A DNA stretch of 64,000 bases from Hyphomicrobiales bacterium (GTDB taxonomy: Bacteria; Pseudomonadota; Alphaproteobacteria; Rhizobiales; Xanthobacteraceae). The stretch lies in assembly GCA_017305665.1 (NCBI GenBank), contig JAFKKH010000012.1, positions 187,617 through 251,616 of the forward strand, read 5' to 3'. The notes under the pieces are model-generated. The model saw nothing but the letters and a program-made list of their open reading frames with translations. It searched no databases and was not told the origin of the DNA. The stretch's first letter is position 1; each line of letters starts with the position of its first letter. Both the position numbers and the translations under genes were made by a program. Below, piece by piece: positions 30,929 to 39,831 of the stretch.

Positions 30929-32068
30929 TTATTTTTCGTTCGTGAAGATGATGGTGCCTGATGCCGCGAACATGCCGCCGACGCCGTGGCAGACCGAAAT
31001 TTTCGCGTCCTTGACCTGTGCCGGCGCGATGCCGCGCATCTGCCGCACGCTCTCCTGCAGCGCATACATGCCGTACATGCCCGAATGCATGTAGCTCAGG
31101 CCGCCGCCGTTGGTGTTGAGCGGCAGCTTGCCGCCCGGCCGCGTGTTGCCGTCGGCGATGAACTTGCCGGTTTCCTCATACGGCATGAAGCCGAGGTCGC
31201 CGAGCCCGAACAGCGGCAGGTGCGCGAAGGCGTCGTAGATCATCAGATGGTCGACGTCCTTGTGGGTGATGCCGGCCTCCTTGAAGGCGAGGGGGCCGGC
31301 GACCTTGAAGGCGCGCGAGGAATTGAAGGTCTCCATTTGGCTGACCATCGGCGTTTCCACGCTTTCGCCGGTGCCGAGGATATAGACCGGCTTCTTCGGA
31401 AAATCCTTGGCACGGTCGGCGGAGGTGAGGATCAGCGCGCCGCCGCCGTCGGTGACGAGGCAGCACTGCAGCAGGCGGAACGGGTAGGCGATCATGCGCG
31501 AGTTCAGCACGTCCTCGACCGTGATCGGATCCTTCATGGTCGCGCGCGGGTTCTTCGCGGCCCACTCGCGCTGCACCACCGCGACCGAGGCGATCTGCTC
31601 GTGGGTGATGCCGTAGGTCTTCATGAAGCGCAGCACCGGAATTGGGAACATGCTCGGCGGGCCGTAGACGCCGAACGGCGCCTCGAACTGGCCGTTCAGG
31701 CTGTCCGGCGGCGTGAAGCGCGGCTGTTTGCCGATCATCGACTTGCCGCTCTCGGCATGGGTGATGAGCACGGTCTTGCACAGCCCGGCCTCGATCGCAG
31801 CCGCCGCATGGCGGACGTGCAGCATGAACGAGCAGCCGCCCACCGAGGTGCCGTCGACCCAGGTCGGGGTGATGCCGAGATAGTGCGCGATCTGCTGCGG
31901 CGTCTCGACCGCGGTGGCGATGCCGTCGATATCCGACAGCTTCAGCCCGGCGTCGGCGATGGCATTGAGCGCCGCATCCGCATGCAACTGGATCTGCGAC
32001 ATGTCGGGGATGACGCCGAGCTTGGTGGTTTCGGCTGCGCCGACGACAGCGACTTGATTCCTGCGCAT
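30929..32068 (-). CDS. SCP2-type thiolase-like protein
   Basis: VGGCS, CCLVTDGGGA, IYDAF, NTNGGGLSYMHSG, HGVGG; start MRRNQV at 32068. Confidence 0.88.
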   Translation of the reverse strand: MRRNQVAVVGAAETTKLGVIPDMSQIQLHADAALNAIADAGLKLSDIDGIATAVETPQQIAHYLGITPTWVDGTSVGGCSFMLHVRHAAAAIEAGLCKTVLITHAESGKSMIGKQPRFTPPDSLNGQFEAPFGVYGPPSMFPIPVLRFMKTYGITHEQIASVAVVQREWAAKNPRATMKDPITVEDVLNSRMIAYPFRLLQCCLVTDGGGALILTSADRAKDFPKKPVYILGTGESVETPMVSQMETFNSSRAFKVAGPLAFKEAGITHKDVDHLMIYDAFAHLPLFGLGDLGFMPYEETGKFIADGNTRPGGKLPLNTNGGGLSYMHSGMYGMYALQESVRQMRGIAPAQVKDAKISVCHGVGGMFAASGTIIFTNEK

Positions 32069-32070
32069 AT

Positions 32071-32146
32071 TCAGTGTCCCGAATCCGAAGTTCGCTTGAT
32101 CTTGCAGCATCCTCCGGAGCGAACTTCGGATTCGAAAGGACACTGA
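32071..32146. repeat. Hairpin element, family D (AGTG...CACT termini)
   Basis: TCAGTGTCC-C-GAATCCGAAGTTCGCT / AGCGAACTTCGGATTC-GAAA-GGACACTGA long inverted repeat with a 3-nt AAA bulge. Confidence 0.85.
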
Positions 32147-32160
32147 GCTAAATATAACTG

Positions 32161-32236
32161 TAGTGTGGCTTTGGTTCAGGCGTCCGCAAACAGAATTCGC
32201 TTCAAGGACGGTGCGGACGCTCGAACCGCCACACTA
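32161..32236. repeat. Hairpin element, family D, inverted relative to 32071-32146
   Basis: TAGTGTGGC-TTT-GGTTCAGGCGTCCGCA / TGCGGACGCTCGAACC-GCCACACTA; abuts the DUF35 stop codon. Confidence 0.85.
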
Positions 32237-32650
32237 TTACCCCTTCGCCGGACGGAACATGGGGAGGGTGATCTTGTCGTCGAGCTTCTCGAACTTGACC
32301 TCGAGTTTCATGTCGAGTTCGAGCGCCTCCGGCGTTTGCGGGCAATCGACGATGTTGCTCATCATGCGCGGGCCTTCGTCGAGTTCGACCACTGCGATGG
32401 CATAGGGTGGCGTGAAGCCCGGCGCCGCGGGGCGATGATTGATGACGTAGCTGTAGAGCTTGCCCTTGCCCGACGATTTGAAGATGCTGACCTTGCGCGA
32501 CGCGCATTTCGGGCAGAACGGACGCGGCGGAAAGTAGACATGGTCGCAGGCGTCGCAACGCTGCAGGCGCAACTCGCCGGCCTGCGTACCGTCCCAGAAA
32601 TGTTGTGTCTCGGGCGTCGGTTTGGGGCGTGCGCGCTGGGCTTCGGCCAT
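32237..32650 (-). CDS. Zn-ribbon/OB-fold (DUF35) protein, thiolase partner
   Basis: CDAC...CPKC Zn ribbon, GKLYSY, PYAIAVVELDEGPRMMSNIV. Confidence 0.92.
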   Translation of the reverse strand: MAEAQRARPKPTPETQHFWDGTQAGELRLQRCDACDHVYFPPRPFCPKCASRKVSIFKSSGKGKLYSYVINHRPAAPGFTPPYAIAVVELDEGPRMMSNIVDCPQTPEALELDMKLEVKFEKLDDKITLPMFRPAKG

Positions 32651-32800
32651 AACGATGTCTCTCCCTGAATGTGGGCGCTGGTGGCCCGGGCGTTGCAATC
32701 TTGATGCGCCATTGGCCGGGAAGCGTCAACGGCCGCAGCGCATGGCGGTATTCCGTCTCGCGCAAAACGGATCGGTGACCGCGCGGACAAGATCGGAAAT

Positions 32801-33727
32801 TCAGATGTGGGCGTTGTCGCGCTCGATGGTATTCAGGCGCTCTGCGTGATCGCTGCGCAAATAGTCGGCGAACGCCTTGCTGAGCGGCGGCAGCGTGCGA
32901 TCTTTTTTCTTGATAAGGGCGATCTGGCGCGAAAAGTGCGGATCGCTGATGCGTCGCGACCGCAGGCTCGGAATCGCCGCCACTTCGCGGCAGGAAGCCG
33001 GCAGGATGGTGATGCCGAGACCGGCGCGCACCATGCCTAGCGCCGTCATGATGTAAGTCACTTCGGCAACCGGCTTCGGCATCAGCTTGGCATTGCTGAA
33101 CGCGCTGTCGGTGACTGAACGGACGCTGGTGTGCGTGTTCATCATGATGAGCGGAAATTGCGCCAGGCGCTCGGCGTTGATGCGGGAGAATTTTCCGATC
33201 GGATGTCCGTCGGGGTACACCACGTTCATCTCGTCGCCGGAGCGGAACAAGACATCGATATCCGGGAAATCGACTGCGCCGCCGGTCAGGCCGAGATCGA
33301 CATCGTCGGAACGGACCAGGTCGATCAGGGAGCCCGCGACGCAGTCGCTCACGGCGAAGGAGGCGCCCGGATTTTGCCTCCGGAATTGCCGGATCGCGTC
33401 GGGTAGCAGGCTGGCTGCGAGCGAGGGAAGCACGGAAATCCGGACCACGCCGTGCAGCGCCGTCGAGGTATTTCGCGCGCTGTGCAGCATGGAATCGAGA
33501 TCCTGCAACGTGCGCTCGAAGGTGGGGAGCAGGTCGCGACCCATCCGTGTGAGATTTACAGCGCGGGGATTGCGGTCGAACAGCTTGAGCCCGAGCGTTT
33601 CTTCCAGATGCTTGATGTGGACGGTGAGCGTCGGCTGGGAGACGTGAAGGAATTCGGCGGCGCGGGTGAAGTTACCGAGACGCGCAACGGCAATAAAGGA
33701 ACGCATCTGCCGCAAATTGACATCCAT
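32801..33727 (-). CDS. LysR-family regulator, divergent from the ABC operon
   Basis: MDVNLRQMRSFIAVARLGNFTRAAEFLHVSQPTLT HTH. Confidence 0.93.
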   Translation of the reverse strand: MDVNLRQMRSFIAVARLGNFTRAAEFLHVSQPTLTVHIKHLEETLGLKLFDRNPRAVNLTRMGRDLLPTFERTLQDLDSMLHSARNTSTALHGVVRISVLPSLAASLLPDAIRQFRRQNPGASFAVSDCVAGSLIDLVRSDDVDLGLTGGAVDFPDIDVLFRSGDEMNVVYPDGHPIGKFSRINAERLAQFPLIMMNTHTSVRSVTDSAFSNAKLMPKPVAEVTYIMTALGMVRAGLGITILPASCREVAAIPSLRSRRISDPHFSRQIALIKKKDRTLPPLSKAFADYLRSDHAERLNTIERDNAHI

Positions 33728-33763
33728 AGGGAAATCGTATTGCTGAGATTGAAATATTTCAAT
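33726..33763. promoter_or_regulatory. LysR-type binding sites in the divergent promoter
   Basis: ATA-N9-TAT at 33726-33740 and the perfect 16-bp palindrome ATTGAAATATTTCAAT at 33748-33763 containing T-N11-A. Confidence 0.55.
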
Positions 33764-33846
33764 AGCCGTATAGTTGATTTGCTCCCCCAGACGCGCCAAA
33801 AGGGGACCGCAGAACGACAACACCCCCAAATCGGAGAGGAAACGCG

Positions 33847-35094
33847 ATGATAAGAAAAGCATCGATCGCGCTTGCGGCGGCTTTGACACTCGGAACGCAG
33901 GCGTTTGCCGCTGATGCACCGGCGGAAATCAAGATCGGTACGCTGTACGCCTCGTCGGGCCGCTATGCATCGATCTCGATGCCGGTTCACAGCGCATTGA
34001 AGCTCTGGGTCGAGCAGAAGAACGCCGAAGGCGGCGTCTACGTGAAGGCCTTCGACAAGAAGATCCCGATCAAGCTCGTGGCCTATGATGACCAGAGCAA
34101 CACGGCGACGGCCGCGACGCTCTACAATCAGCTCGTCACTCAGGACAAGGTGGACATGCTGGTGGCGGATTCCGGCTCGGTGCTGACCGCGCCTGCCGTG
34201 ACCATCGCGCGCGACCACAAGATGTTCCTGTTCGACCAGACCGGAACCGGTGCGAGCTTCTTCTCCAAGGACAATCCCTACATCGCGCTGATGGCCGACC
34301 CGGTCTCGACGATCTGGCCGAAGCCGGTCGCGGACTTCATCACCCATGACGGGCCGGGCCTCGGCATCAAGAAGGTCGCGATCCTGTACTCGACCAACGA
34401 ATTCACGGGAACGCAGGCCAACGCGGTGCGCAAGTTCATCAAGGACTCGGGCGCGCCGATCGAGATCGTTTACGATCAGGGCATTCCGACCGAGACCACG
34501 AACTACACCGTCATCATCAACAACATCCTGGCCAAGGAGCCGGATGCGGTGATCCATCTCGGCTACGCGCCGAACGACATCGCGTTCCTGCGTAACGTCC
34601 AGGACGTCGGTGCCAAGTTCAAGATGCTGTTCTGCATCTATCCTGGCCTCGAGACCGAATTGCTCGAGAAGAACGTCGGCGCCAAGGGCCTGCAGCACGT
34701 CTTCACTTACGTTCCGCCGCAGGAGCTGGAATATCCGGTCAACTTCGGAATGAAGATGTCGGACTTCAAGAAGGCCTGGGACGCGAAGTACAAGGACGGC
34801 AAGATCGAGTTCGGCTTCAACTCGGTGGCCGGCTACACCACCGCGCTCGTCCTCGAGAAGACGCTGTCGGTTGCGACCAGCCTCGACCGGATGGAGCTGC
34901 GCAAGGCCGTGTTCAGCCTCTCCGGCAAACTCAAGACGCTGGACGGCACCTTCGCGCTCGACGAGATGGGCGGCCAGATCGGCGAACTGACGCCGCTCGG
35001 CCAGCTCGAGCTCAACGAGCACGGACACATCAAGTTCGTGTCGATCTATCCGCACGAGACGGCGACCGGCAAGCCGGTCTATCCGCGCCCGTGA
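33847..35094 (+). CDS. HAAT (branched-chain amino acid type) ABC substrate-binding protein
   Basis: Signal peptide ending AFA, EIKIG, YDDQS motifs of periplasmic binding protein type 1. Confidence 0.9.
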   Translation: MIRKASIALAAALTLGTQAFAADAPAEIKIGTLYASSGRYASISMPVHSALKLWVEQKNAEGGVYVKAFDKKIPIKLVAYDDQSNTATAATLYNQLVTQDKVDMLVADSGSVLTAPAVTIARDHKMFLFDQTGTGASFFSKDNPYIALMADPVSTIWPKPVADFITHDGPGLGIKKVAILYSTNEFTGTQANAVRKFIKDSGAPIEIVYDQGIPTETTNYTVIINNILAKEPDAVIHLGYAPNDIAFLRNVQDVGAKFKMLFCIYPGLETELLEKNVGAKGLQHVFTYVPPQELEYPVNFGMKMSDFKKAWDAKYKDGKIEFGFNSVAGYTTALVLEKTLSVATSLDRMELRKAVFSLSGKLKTLDGTFALDEMGGQIGELTPLGQLELNEHGHIKFVSIYPHETATGKPVYPRP

Positions 35095-35137
35095 TCGATA
35101 ACGTCCCCATGGTGGATCAGCATCGGAGTTCGCTCTG

Positions 35138-36058
35138 ATGCTGTATCCCTTGGTCGCCGGTGTCCTGTTCGGGCTTTACTTCAGCCTGGTCGGCATTGGC
35201 CTCAACCTCGTGTTCGGCGTCATGCGCATCGTCAACCTTGCGCATGGCGACTTCCTGATGCTGGGCGCGTTCGTCGCGTTCGGCATCTACACCGCTGCCG
35301 GCCTCGATCCGCTGGTCGGCATTCCCGTCGCATTCGCGCTGTTTTGTGTGGCGGGGCTTCTGCTCTACTGGGTTCTGGTGCCGCGGCTGCAGCGCGCCCG
35401 TGATCCGGAGATGCTGTCCTTCATCTTGTTCTTCGGCTTTTCCCAGGTGATCGAGGCGTTGACCACGATCGTCTTCGGCACCAGCGAACGTTCGATTCCG
35501 AGCCGCCAACTGGCGAGCTCGCTCGCGGGTATCCGCGCATCGCTGTTCGGCGGTGAGGCGACCAACGGCCCCTTCCGGATATTCGGTCTGTCGTTTCCGG
35601 CCTCGTGGGTGGTGGCGGCGACCGTGAGCGTCATCGCCATCATCTGCGTTTATCTTTATTTGTATCGCACCCGGCTCGGCACGCTGACGCGCGCGGTGAT
35701 GTCGCGCCGTGACGAGGCGGTGGCGACCGGCATCAACGTCGATCGCGTGTCTGCCGCGGCCTTTGGTATTGGTCTTGGCCTTGCCGCCGTCGCGGGCGTA
35801 TTCGCGCCCTTCATGTTCGGCTCGTTCACGCCGGCCTTCGGCATCGACGCAACGGTCACTTCGTTCGTGGTGGTGGTGCTGGGGTCGCTCGGCAATCCAC
35901 TCGGCACGGCGCTCGGCGGCGTCGTCTACGGCGTCTCCTACATGCTGGTGCAGACCTATCTCAGCTCGTGGGCCGACCTGCTGCCCTACGTGCTGCTGAT
36001 CGCGATCCTGCTGCTGCGGCCGAGCGGTCTGCTTGGAAGGAGGGTGCGCGTTGCCTGA
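35138..36058 (+). CDS. HAAT ABC permease (LivH-like)
   Basis: GLNLVFGVMRIVNLAHGDF; hydrophobic segments. Confidence 0.92.
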   Translation: MLYPLVAGVLFGLYFSLVGIGLNLVFGVMRIVNLAHGDFLMLGAFVAFGIYTAAGLDPLVGIPVAFALFCVAGLLLYWVLVPRLQRARDPEMLSFILFFGFSQVIEALTTIVFGTSERSIPSRQLASSLAGIRASLFGGEATNGPFRIFGLSFPASWVVAATVSVIAIICVYLYLYRTRLGTLTRAVMSRRDEAVATGINVDRVSAAAFGIGLGLAAVAGVFAPFMFGSFTPAFGIDATVTSFVVVVLGSLGNPLGTALGGVVYGVSYMLVQTYLSSWADLLPYVLLIAILLLRPSGLLGRRVRVA

Positions 36059-36971
36059 TACGTTGCGCCATTATCTCATCATCGCAGTGCCGTTGCTGAT
36101 CGTCATGGCCGTGCTGCCATCGGTCTACAGCAACCATCTGCTGCTGTTCAATTTCGTGATCTTCTTCATCCTGGCCCAGGGTGTGAACATCATCTACGGA
36201 TTCACCGGCTATCTGCCGTTCGGCTATGTCGGCTTCTTCGGTGCCGGAGCCTACGGCTTCGCCATCATGGTGATGCATCTGAACGCGCCGGCGCCGCTCG
36301 CGGTTCTGGTCGGCGGCGCCGTGGCGGTGGTGCTCGGATTGATCCTGACACCGCTATTGCGGCTGGCGGGTGCGTATTTCTCCATCGCCAATCTCGCCGC
36401 GGCGCTCGCGGTGCTGCACCTCGTCGCCAATCCGGCGCTGGAACAGATCACCAAGGGGCCTTACGGCGTCGCGCTCAACGGCACCTTCAATCCGACGATG
36501 GCTTATGCCGGCGGCATCCTGATCCTCGCGCTGACGCTCGGCATCGTGGTGTATCTGAAGAATTCCAGTTTCGGACTGGCGCTGCAGGCGGTGCGTGAGG
36601 ATTCGTTCAGCGCATCGATGTCCGGCGTCAATGTGGTGAAGATGCGAACGGTCGCGTGGCTGGCCTCGGCGCTGGTTGCCGGCCTCGCGGGCGGCGTGTT
36701 CGCCTGGTACGTGTCGGTATTCTATCCGGACAACGTGTTCAGTGCCGACTTCAGCATCTTCGCCATCGTGTTCGCGCTGTTCGGCGGCGTCGCCACCATT
36801 TCGGGCCCGCTGATCGGCGTCATCATTCTCTATGGCATCTACAATCTGATCGGCTTCACGACGCCGCAATATTTCCAGTTGATCTACGGTCTCCTGATCA
36901 TGGCGCTGGTGCTGTTCCTTCCGGCGGGACTGGTCTCGCTTGCGACACGGCGGGGGTGGTATGTCCCCTGA
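36051..36971 (+). CDS. HAAT ABC permease (LivM-like; TTG start)
   Basis: GFTGYLPFGYVGFFG, LAGAYFSIA, FGLALQAVRED. Confidence 0.9.
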   Translation: MPDTLRHYLIIAVPLLIVMAVLPSVYSNHLLLFNFVIFFILAQGVNIIYGFTGYLPFGYVGFFGAGAYGFAIMVMHLNAPAPLAVLVGGAVAVVLGLILTPLLRLAGAYFSIANLAAALAVLHLVANPALEQITKGPYGVALNGTFNPTMAYAGGILILALTLGIVVYLKNSSFGLALQAVREDSFSASMSGVNVVKMRTVAWLASALVAGLAGGVFAWYVSVFYPDNVFSADFSIFAIVFALFGGVATISGPLIGVIILYGIYNLIGFTTPQYFQLIYGLLIMALVLFLPAGLVSLATRRGWYVP

Positions 36972-37692
36972 ACCGGAGCGCCTTCTCGAAGTCAGCGGTG
37001 TAGTCAAGCGCTTCGGCGGATTCCATGCGCTCGACGGCCTGAGCTTTCACGTCTCGCCGGGTGAAATCCTGGGTCTCGTCGGTCCCAACGGATCGGGCAA
37101 GACCACGGCGATCAACGTCATCTCCGGCCTCTATGCGCCTGATGCCGGCAGCGTCAGTTTCCTGCGGTCGCCGGTCGGCGGCATGGCATCGCACAAGCTG
37201 GTGCACCTCGGCATCAACCGCACGTTCCAGGTGCCGAAGCCGTTCATGTCGCTCACGGTCAAGCAGAACGTCGAGGTCGCGCACACCTATGGCAACGCCA
37301 GCGACAAGGCCCTGCCGATGGCCGATCTACTGGAGCGTTTCCATCTGGCTGAAGTCGCCAACCGCCCGGCAAGCGATCTGACCAACGTGCAGCAGAAGAC
37401 GCTCGATCTGGTGCGCGCACTTGCGACGCAGCCGAAATTGTTGCTGCTCGACGAACTGGCCGCGGGCCTCAATCCGACCGAGCTCGACTGGATCGCCGGC
37501 GAGATCAAGACGCTGGCGCAAAGCGGCCTTGCCATCATCGTGGTCGAGCATCTGATGGGATTCATCGAGCAGATCACCGACCGCGTCATCGTCATGAATG
37601 CCGGCAAGGAAATCTTCGAAGGTACGCTCGCGGTAGCTGTAACCGTGCCCGAGGTGGTCGAAGTGTTTTTGGGAGGCGAGCATGCCGCCTGA
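36961..37692 (+). CDS. HAAT ABC ATP-binding protein (LivG-like)
   Basis: GPNGSGKTT Walker A, LLLLDE Walker B, VEH switch. Confidence 0.93.
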   Translation: MSPEPERLLEVSGVVKRFGGFHALDGLSFHVSPGEILGLVGPNGSGKTTAINVISGLYAPDAGSVSFLRSPVGGMASHKLVHLGINRTFQVPKPFMSLTVKQNVEVAHTYGNASDKALPMADLLERFHLAEVANRPASDLTNVQQKTLDLVRALATQPKLLLLDELAAGLNPTELDWIAGEIKTLAQSGLAIIVVEHLMGFIEQITDRVIVMNAGKEIFEGTLAVAVTVPEVVEVFLGGEHAA

Positions 37693-38401
37693 GACATCAT
37701 CGCTGCTCCACGTCACGGGCGTCGACGCAGGCTACGGCAGCATGCAGGTGCTGTGGGGCGTCGATCTCGACGTGCGTCCCGGCGAGACGGTGCTGCTGCT
37801 CGGTGCCAACGGGGCCGGCAAGACCACCTTCCTGAAGACACTGGTCGGATTGATCGAGACGCGGCAGGGGCACATCACGCTTGGTGGCAAGGACGTCACG
37901 CGGATGCGTTCCAGCGACCGCATGCGACTCGGCATGACCTACATGTCCGAACTCGCGGTGTTCCCCGATCTGTCCATCGAGGAGAACCTGCGCGTCGGCG
38001 CACAGGCGCTCGGGCACGCCAACCCCAATGCGCGCGCGGAAGAGCTCTACGGCATCTTCCCGGTGCTGCGCGACAAGCGGCGCAATCCGGCATCGAGTCT
38101 CTCGGGCGGCCAGCGCAAGATGCTCGGCATCGCCAAAGCTCTCGCGGCGGAGCCGAAATTGCTTGTCATGGACGAGCCATCGGCCGGCCTGTCGCCGCTG
38201 TTCGTCAAGGAAGTCATCCGTGTTCTCACCGATCTGCGCGGACACGGCCTCGCGCTTTTGATCGCCGAGCAGAACATCGGCTTCCTCGAAGTCGCGACTC
38301 GTGTGTTCGTGCTGGAGGGCGGACGCATCCGCTTCTCGGGCACTGTCGCAGAGATGACCGATAACGAGGCGCTGCGGCGCGCCTATTTCGGATTGAAGTA
38401 G
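37682..38401 (+). CDS. HAAT ABC ATP-binding protein (LivF-like)
   Basis: GANGAGKTT, LSGGQ, VMDEPS, AEQN. Confidence 0.93.
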   Translation: MPPETSSLLHVTGVDAGYGSMQVLWGVDLDVRPGETVLLLGANGAGKTTFLKTLVGLIETRQGHITLGGKDVTRMRSSDRMRLGMTYMSELAVFPDLSIEENLRVGAQALGHANPNARAEELYGIFPVLRDKRRNPASSLSGGQRKMLGIAKALAAEPKLLVMDEPSAGLSPLFVKEVIRVLTDLRGHGLALLIAEQNIGFLEVATRVFVLEGGRIRFSGTVAEMTDNEALRRAYFGLK

Positions 38402-38436
38402 CCCTTCGTCGCCAAAAAACAAAAAGGATATCTCCG

Positions 38437-39831
38437 ATGACCGCTTCGAACGATTTAACGTCGCTTACGGTTGCGGAATTGGCGGCAATGCTTGCCGCGC
38501 GCCGCGTTTCAGCGGTGGAGATTACCGATGCGTGTCTCGATCGTATCGCGACGTATAACGATGCGCTGCATGCTTTTATCGACCTTTATCCGGAAGAAGC
38601 CCGCGCGGCGGCCAAGGCCGCGGACCTTGCGCGCGGGGCCGGCTATGCGCTCAGCCCGTTGCACGGCATTCCGTTCGGGCTGAAAGACCTCGTCGATATC
38701 GAGGGCAAGGTGACGACCGGCGGCTCGAAAGTATGGGCCAAGCGGATTTCACCCTCGACCGGTTCGCTGGTTCGCCGGCTGGTGGGATCGGGCATGATTG
38801 TCGCCGGCAAGACCCACACCGTCGAATTCGCTTTCGGCGCGTGGGGAACCAATCAGCACATGGGCGCGCCGCGCAATCCATGGGACATGCGCGAGCCGCG
38901 CACGCCGGGCGGTTCGAGCAGCGGGTCCGGTGTGGCGGTGGCGGCACGGATGGTGCCGTGGGCGGTGGGCACCGATACCGGCGGGTCAGTCCGTAGCCCC
39001 TCGGCGTTGTGTGGACTCACCGGTCTCAAGACTACGGTCGGACAGATCGCGACCGACGGTATCCTGCCGCTGAGTACGACGCTGGACACGCCGGGACCCC
39101 TAGCACGCAGCGCGACCGATGCCGCTATTCTGTTCGAGGCCATGCGGGGCGGCAGCCTCGCTTCCATGAATGCGATCCTCTCCGGTCCCGCGCCGCGCGA
39201 CGTCAAAGGCCTGCGGTTGGCGCGCCTGCCCGATCATGAGCGCGATGTCGTCGAACCCGCGGTGCTGTCTGCCTACGATCAATCGCTGGCGCAGCTCGCC
39301 GATATGGGCGCTGAGATCGTGTCGGTCACACTGCCGTTCCGCTTCGCCGACTTCAAAATCCCGTCGGGCAATTTGATTGCGGCTGAAGGCTATTCGTTCG
39401 TCAAGGAGATCATCGACGATCCCGCCGCGCCCGTCGACGAGGATGTGCGCGCGCGTTTTGCGGTCGCACGTACGATGTCAGTGACGGACTATCTGCGCAT
39501 GATGCGCGAGCGCGAGGAGATCACCGCAAAGACCACCGCCGCGCTGGCGGGCGTTGACGCGCTGCTGACACCGACCACGCCGATGACGGCGCATCCGCTG
39601 GCTACCGCCGAGAGGGAAAAGATCATCCCCTCGCACTTTACGCGCATGGCCAATTTCTTCGGACGTTGCGCGTTGGCGGTGCCGAACGGTTTCTCGCCAA
39701 CGGGCCTGCCGACATCGCTGCAGATCATCTGCGCGCCGAACGATGAATCGATGGCGCTGCGCATCGGGCGAAACTATCAGGCCATCACCGATTGGCATCG
39801 GCGTGCGCCGGCGTTGGAAGGCGCCGCCTAG
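38437..39831 (+). CDS. Amidase-signature family amidase
   Basis: GLKDL (Lys), GGSSSGS (cis-Ser), GTDTGGSVR (nucleophile Ser). Confidence 0.93.
   Translation: MTASNDLTSLTVAELAAMLAARRVSAVEITDACLDRIATYNDALHAFIDLYPEEARAAAKAADLARGAGYALSPLHGIPFGLKDLVDIEGKVTTGGSKVWAKRISPSTGSLVRRLVGSGMIVAGKTHTVEFAFGAWGTNQHMGAPRNPWDMREPRTPGGSSSGSGVAVAARMVPWAVGTDTGGSVRSPSALCGLTGLKTTVGQIATDGILPLSTTLDTPGPLARSATDAAILFEAMRGGSLASMNAILSGPAPRDVKGLRLARLPDHERDVVEPAVLSAYDQSLAQLADMGAEIVSVTLPFRFADFKIPSGNLIAAEGYSFVKEIIDDPAAPVDEDVRARFAVARTMSVTDYLRMMREREEITAKTTAALAGVDALLTPTTPMTAHPLATAEREKIIPSHFTRMANFFGRCALAVPNGFSPTGLPTSLQIICAPNDESMALRIGRNYQAITDWHRRAPALEGAA

Noticed and set aside
30929-32068. Assignment as an Ltp2-type retro-aldolase
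   Set aside because: Only one of the two Ltp2 catalytic Tyr positions appears present (YDAF); the second aligns with His, and an N-terminal Cys is retained.
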